Assembly: GCA_003427395.1 (NCBI GenBank) | Contig: BFEA01000001.1 | Span: forward strand, 3,878,501-3,942,500 | Direction of reading: 5' to 3' | DNA from: Chara braunii | Lineage: Eukaryota > Plantae > Charophyceae | DNA length: 64,000 nt | Shown here: piece by piece, positions 1 through 12,379 of the stretch | How positions within the stretch are numbered: position 1 is the first letter of the stretch | Layout: each line of letters opens with the position of its first letter | The notes under the pieces: model-generated | What the model saw: only the letters and a program-made list of their open reading frames with translations | Database searches by the model: none | What the model was told of the DNA's origin: nothing | Translations under genes and position numbers: made by a program

Positions 1-3000
1 GGTGGCTCTGCTGCAGTAAGTCTTGCCGGAGTGAGGTAAGGAGGATTGATGGGGGGCCTGTGAGTCATTTTCGGAATTTTGCCTATTTCTGACCTTCGTC
101 ATAGTAATTTTCTAAGTAGCTCAATTTTTCCTTAGCCAAAGCCGGGTAATGGGCCCGGTATCTCAAATTTTCGAGACTCTATGTAAATTTCCATATGGGA
201 CGCTGGGCCCGGTTCCCAGCACGTGTTGCGTTGTGTCCCAGAGACAAGAGTCACAACCCGCAGTCAAAAGTCATGTTTCACAAGTGAAGAGTCGTGACTC
301 CCAGGCCCAAGCAGCAGCACACCAATGACAATTCGGGAAAGGTACCAGGCCCTGACATTCTGACGCAAACAGGCCGTGGGGATGTGGTACCCGTGCCAAG
401 TCAAGCCACAAGGAGCCGAGGCTGGGACGAGCTGAACCTCAAGTCAATAGAAGGACTGGCCAGCCTCCCCATTCAGGCAGATTGCTCATTCGCATGAAGT
501 GTGGAAGTGCTGGTGCACTTGCGCGCTATTGTGAGGAGCGGAGCGCTGAGCCAGGGAGCTGCGCTGTCAGAGGGAAAGAGAGAGGGACCAGCCATAGCTG
601 CCCTAGCGCTGGCAGAGGGAAGGGAGCCATAGCTCCCCCAGTGCTTGGTAGTTAGTAGAGATAGCAGTGGGTGTATTCCGAGCCGGTCCTTGAATAGTAG
701 AGAGTGCGAGTTGAGAGTGTGCGTTGAGAGTCAGATAGGAAGAGAAGAGACAGTGACGACACAGTCAGAGAGAAGACCAGAAGAGAGGAAAGAAGGAAGA
801 GAAGCAGTGAGAGTGGTCACTTACCTGTGTGATGATGATGCTGGATACTGGATACTTGGCATTGCCCTGATGAGCGCTTGTGACTGGAACTCTTAATTGC
901 TCATGTGTTAATTAGTTGGAATTTCTTAAGCTGCGCTATTGGTCTTCGACTCTCTGTACTAGTGTGTTTTCATGCGATCTCATTTGTGCATGTATGCATG
1001 TGTGTGCACTCATTGGTGACGAACTGAGAGGTTCATTGCACAATCAACTAATAAATCATCAATCAATCAATCAATCAATCAATCTATCAATTAATCAAGC
1101 TTTTATTGTTTTCAACCCAACCACTTGTTTTTTGTTTTGTTTTTTAATGGAAGGGGGTACCACCTTACACCCGCACCCCCTCGAAGCCTTCAGGGCCCCA
1201 TTTCCGGCACCAAAGCCCGTATGTACGGACTGTGCGGGGGCTGGGGGTCCCGTACTTACAGACATACTGGAGGCCCGTCTCCATACGACCGGCCGACACT
1301 GGTGCCTGGTGCCTAGCCTCTACAACAACCTGGACTTCTTTGAAGAAAAGAAAAACCAATCAGAAGCTGTATTCCTGGTGAGCTGTTTTTCTTTTTCTTT
1401 TCCTTTTTTTTTTTTTGAGCAGAACAATCCTCAGAAGCAGCTTGAGAGGCTGGTAGGATCAGACATCTGAAGCTACTCCCAGGGAGGCTCCATCTATTAG
1501 TGGGGAGCTGCACCTGCTGGGACACGGGCCCAGTGTCCCCATTTACAAATTTCAGAAGGCACACAGAAGTTGTCCACAGGGGTGCCTCCACAGTTCACCA
1601 ATCAGGCGGCCGAGCTGCAAACACCTGAAGCTATTCCACCAAACTGTTGCAGTTCCTTAATCCACCAGTACCTGGCTCAGCTATTGCATCCGAGCCTCCC
1701 AGCACGCTGCGCACCAAGTCCTGCCGAACCGCCGTCGCAATTTTCTTTTTCGTTTTGCCTGCGGCCTCCAGCCAATGCGGTCCGGCAGGCCGAAGCCCAA
1801 ATGGCGCGGGCCCGTATACGGGAAGCCCCGCGGCCGATAGCTGGGCCAGGTACTGGTGGTTTAAGGTTGTTCCTCTACCATCGAGCGACAAACCCCTGAG
1901 AGCCCTTTCCCCTAAAATCTTTTGAGGCCCTTCATTCTTCAGACCTGAGATAAGAGTTTAGCTCGGCAACACAGACCACAGAGCACATATCCATCTCATT
2001 CCCAACCTTCTCAGCAGCGCTGGCAAGGAATCAGCTTCTAGGCATATTCCAGGGTAAGCCTGTGTCTCAAGTGGCGGTCCTTCTTTCAGCCTCTCCTTAG
2101 CTGTGCTTCGGGCGCTGTCTATTTGTCGCGGCCGGAGTTGCTGTTGTTTTCTGCCGTGCACCATGAAGGGTTGTGCCGTACGTTGGTCATGTTGCTTGCA
2201 TTCCTTGCTGGGCTCACAGCTTGTCAGTTCCGGCACGGCCAGGGGATGCAGGGGGCAGGGAAAGGGGGGCCAGTCGCCGGGGGGGTTGGGGGCAGGGGGG
2301 GAGCGGCGGACCGGGCATCGAGGGGTGCAGGAGCAGGATGAAGTCAGTTTGGAAGGTATGGGCTGTGGAAGTCGTTCATGGGCCTTCGCATCCAGGTCTG
2401 TCCTGAGGACTTCCAGGGCTTCCACTAGATGTTCAGTTCTGCACCCGATACAAGTGAACAGCCTGCGGGCTAACCTGCCATGTTTGGTTGTAGGAGTCGA
2501 TGACGGCAGCTCTGGTCTGTGGTTCCTTTCCCCCCCCTGTGGACTCTATTCATGGTTTTCCAGGCTTCGTGGGTGAAGGATCTGCTTACCTCATCCAGCA
2601 CCTGCTGGGCCTGCTGAAAGCCAAATTGGCGATCTTTCCGTTCAAAACAGCACCTTGCTCGCCAGGCCAGCATCAGGACATGGAGCTTTGTATATGAAAA
2701 CAGGTTAACTGCATAGGAGGAACATTGGGCCAGGTGGTGGAGGTGCTTTCCCAGCAAGCAGGAGGCCAAGGTCCCATGGGATGCGGTGTGTTGTTAGGGA
2801 GTGGAAGGCGGCATCCCTGTTGCATCTGAAAAAAAGTTACACCACCAGTACTTTTCCCTTCTTCAAAAAAAACAAAACAGCGGCGGTTAACGCAGAAGTT
2901 CAGCGGGGAATTGAGATGGCTGGCAGCGCCAGCCGTCACACAGGGCGAAATCAGGCCCCTGGCCGATATATGGGAATGGTACTGCTGGCTTAACCAGGAC

Positions 3001-4157
3001 TTCCCCGTCCTGTACCCGTACTGCTGAAGATTTTGGAAACATCAAAAAATACCAGATACCGATCCATTTCCATTTGGAAAGAAGATGGCCTGCTTCTGTT
3101 CAATGGACTTCAATCCCCTCAGAATCCACACAGCAATGGTTTTTTCTTTTCCCCTTTCAGCAGATAGCAATGATTTTGTAGACTCATAGTCAGTTGGTGA
3201 TGAATGCTCATGTATTGTAGTGCGCATGTATTGTATTGTAGATTGCATGTCCTCTTTTGGGGATTACAGAGACCGAAAGCATGTTTAGTGATTGCTCGTA
3301 ATGCTTTTGCTGTTATATGCACTACCAGAACCGTTTGGCTGAGTCCAAGCCATTACCCACTGACTTAGAGAGCCGTGCCGTTCAGTTCCAAGCCATGTCC
3401 CAGACTTAGAGAGCCATGCCATTCAGACACAACATACTAGAGGTTGTGATCCTTATGCATTCCAGCATTTCTTCTTCGTCTTCTTCTTCTTCTTCTTCTT
3501 CTTATTATTATTATTATTATAATCATCAGAAATGCAATTGAATCCGTTCTCCTCCCCGCCTCTTCTCCTTTCAGGACGCTCCTCCACCAACTTGCCATCT
3601 CCGCAATGGGAGTCTATCTCCAAAGTCGCTGATGAAGTCTCTTCGCACGCACCAGCTATGGTGCCCAACCTCCACCATCAATGCTGGCTATGGAGGTTGG
3701 TCCCCGTCTGCCTTTGTCTTGACAAAGTTACATGAACAAGGCCAGTAGCAAGAGGATAACTAAGATAGATAAAGGGATTTTTTTTTTTTTTTTGGACAAG
3801 GGAAAAAACATACACAGCAATAGCATTTTGGTTAGGGCCTTGGCCGGTAGCGAAACCAGCAGCCAATTTTGAAAACGCGCAGTTGCAGGCTCGCAAGCCT
3901 CCGAAGGTAGCATTGCCGACCTAGACTCGTGTGAACTGGTGATTTAAGCCCAGTGAAATACTGACCAACGGCCTCCAAGGAAGCAGCACCTTCTCAGCAC
4001 CACGTTGGGAGTGACAATGGTCGAAGTGAGAACAGACCGCTCCAGGAGTAGGACAAGAATAAGGAGGAGGAGGAGAAGGATGAGGAGGAGAAGGAGAAGG
4101 AGAAGAAAGGCGGAAACAAGGAGGGGGAAAAGGATCCGAAACAAGCCAGATTGCAGC

Positions 4158-4212
<55 letters not shown>

Positions 4213-6258
4213 CTTACGAACACAAACACATGAATGCCTCGAGGTCGACAAGTGAATGACTGGTGGGCATTGAGGGGGGGTCGATCGCTCCACCACAGTG
4301 ACTTGGCCGACTGCAGAGAGCACGACCCAACACATGCAAATGGACAAACCGACATAGACCGATGTGGACACTGCACGCTAAGGCCGAGCATCAAACGACA
4401 CCCACAGAGAGATGAAATATTATACCTTTGACAAAGAATGAAAGAATGAACCAATTGAAATTGAATATAAGAACCACAACAGCATCACCGAACATTGTCC
4501 TCCGCAATCTGGACAACTGCATGCTGCTATACTCAACAGAAGCTCCGGCGCAGCGCAGAGCGCTAAGACCAGATCGACAACGCGTGAAATCTCACAACAA
4601 ATAACTCCCCACTAGCCCTTGTTTGATGATAAACCCACCCACCTCCTCGCACTCCCAACGGACCACCAGTGCCATCCCATGAAACACGTTCCAGAACCGG
4701 CAACGATCGAGGTAGTGGAGTTCCCCAAGAAACTACTAAATAGTACACGAAAGAATTTCTGCTTGAACCCCAAGGCTGCCCCCCTTGGCACAATCTAGGG
4801 CCAAGAGGACGTAACAGCGACAGGAAGGAGTGCTTGAGTTCACAAACGAACAGTGTCATCGTCCTTTGCCGACTGAAATAATCATGACACATCTCTGTGC
4901 TGTCCCTCCCATATATGTATCGCAAGTAACAGCACCTTCGCCCACAGACAGGCCGCAGAGACTACGGCAAGCAACTTGTACCCCCAACCCCCAAGCACCT
5001 CGATGCCATAGCGAATGTTTGTAAATCCAGGAAGAGACGAGAGCGATCTAAAAATAATAGCCGCTCTGGAAACACCTGGGCAACCAAAACTTGAGAGCTC
5101 TTTGGCATCCGCAATCGCACAGCCATCTCAAATCAGATCAACAACGAAGATGAAGAGCAACCTGGTGTGATTGCTGTGATCCATTTTGCAATCACCAGGA
5201 AGCTGCTGGTGTGCAGGAGAGAGCTTGAACCATCAAAAGCTGAAGCAGCAGGACGCACAGCTCTATTCAAAGTGCTATCGCCTTTCCCCAAACAGAGCTC
5301 GCCCTCATTATGACTCTATCAACCCGCAAAGATTGCTTGTACGCATTGATTCATAATAAGGATGCACGGTCGGTGCTCCGAGGAAGACTGTCACTCTGTG
5401 CGCAGTGGTCAACGGATGGGTGATCCCAGAATATACAATACTACTTGGCATCGCGCTGCTCGTGAATAGCCTTCACAGCTGAAGGAATTACGAGGAGAAG
5501 ATCAGACATTGTGGTGGTACTTGGCGTTGTGGTGATCGTGGCGTCTGCACAGGACAGAAGAGCAGAGAGTACCGAAAGAACAGGAGGAAACAGCCGCCTG
5601 CCTGCGTCTCCCGGATGCATATGCTGTCAGGCACACTTGCAAAGCATTCGCGTCGCCTGAAAAGATCTACCAACTTCCTCACCTCACGATCATCCTCTCG
5701 TGTCCCGACTCTATGCAACTCCTTGTTGCCCGGGAATCCGAATTACTTGCAAATTGTAATACATATCGCTTTCTATACCCTATGCTCATCAACAACCATA
5801 TGCTCCTCAACGCAGTTTATCCCCCTACCCACCCACTTTTCACCCGCATACCCAGAATCGTGCTGGAAATCGCACCAACAAATACTCCAGGACAGAAGAT
5901 GCAGCAAGTTCTGTCCCTCACTTCGACACGTCCACCACTGCTCAAGCCACTCAGATTTGCACACGGCACACAAGTGCGCGCCCACAAAACCAAAAGCATG
6001 TATGTCGCGTATTCCACAAACTATCACAGCACAGCACTTGTTTGCTGTTGTACAATACTCATTTCAGTTTCCCTGCTTCTGGCCCCCGTCGTCGACTCTT
6101 TCATGTCAACAATCATTCCCGGTACATTACCCTTTCTGCTGTTGCACTACTTATGCACCAGATCAGGTTTGGTCCCATAGAACTCCTTCCTGTCGATTTG
6201 CACAAGTCGACATCCACACACACACACACACACACACATCAGTCAAATGCATCCTGGG

Positions 6259-6315
6259 CAGACTGTCAGGGGTCAACCTCCTGACGAGTCGGAGAAAGTT
6301 CGAGGAAACAGTCTG
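6259..6315 (+). ncRNA. Type III hammerhead ribozyme-like motif (copy 1, slightly decayed)
   Basis: CAGACTGT-C | AGGGGTCAACCTC | CTGACGA | GTCGG-AGAAAGT-TCGAG | GAA-ACAGTCTG. This gives an 8-bp stem III, a GUC cleavage triplet, and CUGANGA and GAAA cores. Confidence 0.75.
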
Positions 6316-6346
6316 GCACAGTCGCGAGTTGTGTATAGCGAACATG

Positions 6347-6397
<51 letters not shown>

Positions 6398-6400
6398 ACG

Positions 6401-6465
<65 letters not shown>

Positions 6466-6770
6466 CACACAGAATGCCACCACAAGCAGTTAAATATGCA
6501 AAAGAACCAGCAACTGCGCCTCACTATCACAACCTCCCCCCTGGAAAGGATGATCCAGCTGCCCTGGCAACTGCTAACAAAAGCAACAATTACCCCTGCA
6601 TTGCCTGCAAACCATCATGTTGCACAACAAGAGGCAAGAACTGGCAGAACCTAAACCCAGTTTCGCGCACATCTGTGCAAAGGGTAGATGCCATGGGGAA
6701 ACTATCCCCAACAGAGGGACTCCAGCAACAGAGACCACAATATGAGTGAAAGCGGGAAGCCAAAATCCAA

Positions 6771-6842
6771 GAGACGGAGAAGATTAGCATGGCCCCTGCA
6801 CAAGGATGACACGCATAAATCGAGAAACGGTCAATTTTTTTT
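6771..6842 (+). pseudogene. U6 snRNA pseudogene, 3' two-thirds
   Basis: ACGGAGAAGATTAGCATGGCCCCTGCACAAGGATGACACGCATAAATCGAGAAACGGTCAATTTTTT matches plant U6. The ACAGAGA box is mutated and the 5' stem-loop is absent. Confidence 0.88.
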
Positions 6843-7171
6843 GGAAAAAAAAAGTTAAAAAAAATCCAAGAGACTGCCAATCGAAAAACAAGTGCCTGTT
6901 TACTAACAAGAAAAATCATCCAAACAGACATTTCCTCTGAAGGCAGCCACCAGCATCAACCCATCACTAGACCCTCAATCCGCTGAAGGCAAAAGGTTGC
7001 ACCACGAGTTCTGACCGACCACACCTTTTTCAAAGACGAGATAATGCTTCGCCCAATCCTCTACACAATCCTAATCATCCTCCATACGATTTTTCTACGG
7101 GTTGGCAAGGAAGTTGAACACCCCTTTAAACCACTACTGTCTTCACCCGAATAGAACGCCCGGTCATTATC

Positions 7172-8441
7172 TCTTGCATGCTAGTGAATACTTCACCAAG
7201 AATGGGCAGAACCAAAGATCAACCAAAAAAATAGGATGAGCATGTATACAGCGGAAGTCTGAGAAATGGACTGACTCACATAGACTGAACTCACCCAAAC
7301 ATCACTCAACACACAAGCAATCGTGAGATGGTGGGGTCTGAAGCCATACATAGACGATGCTTCACCCAAACATCACTCAACACACNAAGCCATACATAGA
7401 CGATGCTTCACCCAAACATCACTCAACACACAAGCAATCGTGAGATGGTGGGGTCTGAAGCCATACATAGACGATGCTTCAGGCCCCGTACAACCATACA
7501 CAGATGAATGGTGGGAGGAGAGACGATGGAGGTGGGAGATATGGACAGCGCCCGATGTCACCGAGATAGAATCCAGAAGGTCACCGATACGGTAGCCCAA
7601 AATGTCATCGAACAAAATCAGAATGTCGCGGACATAAGTCATCAATGTCGGAGGTCCAGAATCCTAATGTAACCGATGGCCGATCTGCGATACCACCAGG
7701 TACCACTCCCAACTATCTCCAATGTCTCGAATCCGGTAAGTATCACAGCGTCCTACCACCGAAGTCCAATCACTGATCTCTGTCCAACTCGTATCAAAAG
7801 TCTCCAGTCTGAAGACGAAGAAGAAGAAGAAGAGGAAGTCTGAAGAAGGAGAAGAAGAAGAAGTCTGTGAAGGAGAAGAAGAAGAAGTCTGAAGGAGAAG
7901 AAGAGGAGAGGGGCAGAGCACTGGCGGAGATGGCGAGTAGCTCCAGGCCCTACCTGATGGTATAAGGTGGCACCTTGGCTGCTGCGGGAGACGGCTGTGC
8001 TCCTGGGAGCTATGGCGCCCGTGGCTGCTGTCAGATACGTCTCCCTCCTCGCTCCTCCCTACTGCAGTGTGCTAAACTTAGGGCTGCAGTTCCCAGCGCT
8101 GTGCTGAAACCAGAATAGCGCAGCGCGGCCGCTCCTCAGTCCGCTTCTCCAAGATGCTGGAAAGGCTGCTGGACCAGCCTAAGTACTTTCCGGCGGCCTG
8201 TCAGCCTGAATGCTGCCCCAGCGCGCCGTGATCTGACCGGCGAGCGGCAACCCTCAAGAGCGCCGCCAGGCCCAACGGTAATGTTGTTTGGGCCTATACC
8301 TGGCCTGCTGCAGGAAAACCAACCGGTGGCCTCAATGTGGCCTACCGGGAGAAAGGTCTGGCCTTTGGCTGGGCCGGCCTACGTACCCCTTGGTCTAGTG
8401 GTCGGGTCCGAAAGGGACCCATGTGGCATCAGTATGTAACA
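7172..8441 (-). repeat. 3' LTR of the chromovirus
   Basis: Begins TGTTACA on the minus strand right after the PPT. Aligns with 16389-17421. Contains a ~110-bp internal duplication around an ambiguous base at 7386. Confidence 0.85.
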
Positions 8442-8455
8442 TGCTCCCCCCCTTA
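8442..8455 (-). promoter_or_regulatory. Polypurine tract of the chromovirus
   Basis: Minus strand reads AA, a G run, then AGCA immediately before TGTTACA. Confidence 0.8.
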
Positions 8456-8506
8456 AAAGACCGAGCCACCTGCGAGGCGAAGTTGTCTGTCCGGTACCTG
8501 GGTGGG

Positions 8507-11500
8507 TCAGGTGGGACAAACTTTGTCCTTGGCAAGTCGCCAGTTCTCATAGTTGGAGAAAATGAGTGGTGCAGATGCCTGTAAGTCTGCGTGGGAGATC
8601 CAGCGCGTGTCATCAGGGGCATATTGTTTGAATGTGACTTGACATTGCATTGGCTTGCTGCCATACTTGCGATGCGTGATCACACTGTCAACTTCCTTAT
8701 GTCCGTCCATAAAGGGCGGATCCTGTGATTGTCGGCCGGAAAACTCATCCTCGGAAGGTGGCATATACACGGCCAGCTTTGACGCATAGAAAACAGCGTG
8801 CACGCAGAGCTGCGGTGGGATGGCAATCACAAAGGAAGGGCCAGCAGGGTCGTCGCCTGCTGCAGAAATTACCTTCCATGGTCCAAACCATTTTGGGAGT
8901 TTGAGCGAGACATCTTGCTCCAACGCGAATTCCTCAGTGAGGACCCAAACAAGGTCTCCCTCGCGGAAATGACATGGGATTCGACATCGGTTGGCTATCT
9001 GTTGCATGCGGATTTGAGCCTTTTGCATGTTCGCTCGGGCTTGATCAGCAAGTCCTGCTACTTCCAAACGGAAGCGGGACAGCAAGCGACGTCGCTGTCG
9101 GCGGCCTGTGGTAAAAGAAGATCGGCAAAGAATCGGGCTTTCTCTCCACCGTGATGCAACTCGAATGGAGTGATGGTGCACCAAAGTGTTATAGGCAAAC
9201 TCAATGTCGAGAAGCCGGTCAACCCAATCTTTCTGGTCGGGACGGATGAGTGTACGTCCATCCGTCTGTGGGTGCGCTCGTTCCGACTGTCCATCCGTCT
9301 GTGGGTGCCGTGCGGAACTCGGCTTCATAGTCGAACCAGACTCCGTCATGAGGGAAATCCAAAAGGCTGACATGAAGCAAGTGTCTTTGTCGCTCACAAT
9401 GTCTCCCGGAACACCGTGGCAGGTAATCCAGCCGGTGTGTAATCTCGGGGGCTGTAGCACGGTACTTGCATGGAAGAAAACGAGCGTACTTGCTCAAACG
9501 GTCATCAATCGTGAGGATGCCGTCATGACCGAGGCGATCGCGGGGGAACGGGCCTGTAACATCCATAGCCATGAAGAGGCACGGCGCCCGAGGAATTGAC
9601 ATCGATTTCAGTTCGCCATAAGGGACCTGAGATCTACCTTTGTTACGATGGCAAACTGCGCATGACTCAATGTACCTCGTGACGTCGTGAAGAGCGTCGG
9701 GCCAGTGAAAACACTGGCGGAGGAGGGCCAATGTGCGGGTCACGCCAAGGTCGTGGAATTCGCCGAGGAGGCGAGTCCGTAAGATGCGATCTTGGGGCAC
9801 CACTAACAAGTCCTTTCCTTTCGTGTGGAGGCGTAGGAACCCATCCGAGATACGATAGTGACCAGCCAGAGGGTGAACCGACAAAAGCTCTGCATATGGC
9901 GTGGAGCATGTCGGGTCGGACTTGTAGCCGTTGACGAAGTGCTGCTGCAGATCATCGTCGAGCTGAAACGTCGTACTCACTAGGGGACAAAAATCGGCCC
10001 GTCATGAGAGGGCATCCGCTGCTCGATTGCCGGGACCGGGGAATGTGGCATGGGTCAAAGTCCAATTGGTCGATGTAGTACATCCACCGACCGATCGTGC
10101 TAGTGACTGTGTCCTGTGTTTTGTAGTAGGTCAACGGATTATTGTCTGTGTTCCATTTAAAACGCCGGCGACCGAGAAGAAAGTGGCGCCACCGTTTGAG
10201 AACGGTGACGAACACGAGTAACTCTTTCTTCCTAGCGTCGTCAGAGTGTTGACGAGAGGAACCTTTTGGGAAAAGTACTTGACCGGGTGCCAACCGTCCG
10301 GGTGGCATTGTTCTAATACCACACCAATACCGTACCCGGAAGCGTCCGTAGTCACTTGGGTGGGTAGGGTGGGGTCATAAATACGGGGGGTCGGCACGGC
10401 TTGCATCGCCGCCTTGAACATATTGAACGCGCCACGAGCTGTGTCCTCGAGCTCGAATGGTACCTTCGGGGACTGAAGTCTCGACAAAGGTGCTGCCACT
10501 TTGGAGTACAACTCGACGAAACGCTGATAGTATCCAACCAAACCCATGAACCAGCGTACGTTTGTTGTGCAACGGGGTTCCGGCCAATCCACGATGGCTT
10601 GGATCTTGTTCGCTAAGGGACGAATGCCTTTCGCCGTCACATAATGTCCTAGGTACTCAAGCTCTTGCTTGGCAAACTCGCACTTGTTGCAATTTGCTTT
10701 GTACTTGGCTGCTCGCAAAGGATCCAAAACCGCACAAAGGTGTACGAGGTGCTCGTCCAGCGTCCGACTATAGACCAAGATATCATTGAGGTAGACGAGG
10801 ACGGTACGATCGAGCAAGTCTCGGAATTCCGTTGTCATGGCTACTTGGAAGGTTGTCTGGGCATTGGTGAATCCAAATGGCATCACAACCTACTCAAAAT
10901 GCCCATACCGCATTTTGAAGGCGGTCTTGTACCGGTCTTGAGACTAGATTTCAATCTGGTGGTAACCCGACTTCAAGTCCAACTTCGAGAGGTACGTCGC
11001 ACCGCCCAACCGCTCAAGGAGATCATCAATCCGAGGGAGAGGGCCGGCATTCTTTACGGTTTGTGCGTTAAGTTTTCTATAGTCGATGCACAACCGTAGG
11101 TCCTTGTTCCTCTTTCGGACGAAGAGAGTCGGTGCACCGTATGGCGAACAAGTAGGGTGAATCCAACCTTTGTCGAGAAGGTCGTCGAGTTGTGCACGAA
11201 GCACCTCAAGTTTCTCTTCGCTCATGCGGTACATACATCCACGCAGAGGGACAGTACCCACCTCGAGAGTAATCTTGTGACGTATGGGCCTATCCGGAAC
11301 CGTTCCGGTGGGAGCCTCGAAAACGTCTCCATATCCGTCCAGAAGGTGAGTAATACGTGGGGTCGGTGACGACGCGGCTGGTCCATCCGTCGAGGGGAGG
11401 GCATGTAGGAAAACAACGCCCATCTTCGCTACGTCATTCCGAGCCATAGCGTCGCGAATCCTCGCGACGGAAACCACGTGACAAGCAATCGAAGTGTGAG

Positions 11501-12326
11501 GAGTTGCGACCGTACACGGGACTAACACTCCTTTCCGATTACGGACGTGAACGGTTCGGTCATGAAAGTTTGTCGGATGGTCGACGCTACGCAACCAAGG
11601 CATGCCTAGAATCATGTCGAACTTTGTGTCGAGGATGTCGAAACACACCAGCTCGCACGCAAGGGGCGCAAAGTACACCGGAACGCCGTCAACACACCGG
11701 TCAATTGACTTTTCCGTGCGGCCATCCGCAAGTGTGACTTGTGTAGGTTGCGCCTTCCTTCGAACGCGGGAGCCGAGACCTGCGCGTGCCATAAAGGCTT
11801 GGCTCATAAAGTTGCGAGATGCTCCGCAATCAATCAAGGCACTGCAGGTGGCCTTTCCGATTTGAATGCGGATATAGAGCAAAGGAGCGTTGGTCTCGAC
11901 GTACCTTTGGGTGGCATACTCGCGGTCAATCTTCGCAAGATAGGAGCGGAGATCGACAACCGCTACTCCGTCGTCCGTCAATAGAGCTGGTACTGCAACT
12001 TGCAAGTAGGAGCGTAGATTTGCCATCAAGGCATTACAATGCGGCTTTGACAAGGATCCGGTCGAGGGTACAGGCATCCAAAAGAAGTCCTCTCTCGTGA
12101 ATGGGTCGAGGTCCTCAAGCCTTGACCACGCCGTCCAGTCCTCGAAAACAAGTGGTGAACTAACCGGTTCTCTTGCCGACGGTGTACAAGCTACGCATAC
12201 GCTATCTAAGTTCACGTGGCTAGGCTGGTGCAATGGTGGCACCAGCTGGGCGGCATAATCCTTGAATGTGTCACGAGAATCAGCGACTAACGCATGCTCG
12301 CTGACAATGATATCGGTTGTTAGCAA
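8507..12326 (-). pseudogene. pol (protease, reverse transcriptase, RNase H, integrase with GPY/F motif and chromodomain), frameshifted and with stops
   Basis: Motifs [11 protein letters not shown]; [10 protein letters not shown]...LCIDYRKLN; VYLNDILVYS (YLDD mutated); TTDASGYGIG; IESCAVC; MDVTGPFP; DIVSDKD; HPQTDGQSER; KWFGPWKV; chromodomain EVDSVITHRK...QVTFKQYAPDDTRWIS. Confidence 0.92.
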
Positions 12327-12379
12327 GGCAACCGGTTCCGGCGGAGTGTGAAGAGGCGTCGCCCCTCTCCGTGCGCAAC

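Noticed and set aside
224-960. Possible solo LTRs here and near 31.6-32.5 kb
   Set aside because: Composition is LTR-like, but no clear TG...CA ends or TSD could be established.
2590-2708. Exon-like segment (ag...GAG|gtaagc) as the next dynein exon
   Set aside because: The phase-0 reading needed to follow the 18936 exon hits TGA after 11 codons, and there is no convincing dynein similarity.
4450-6200. Possible decayed non-LTR retroelement (RRSDIVVV resembles a restriction-like endonuclease motif)
   Set aside because: No RT motifs or sustained frame are visible; this cannot be supported without a profile search.
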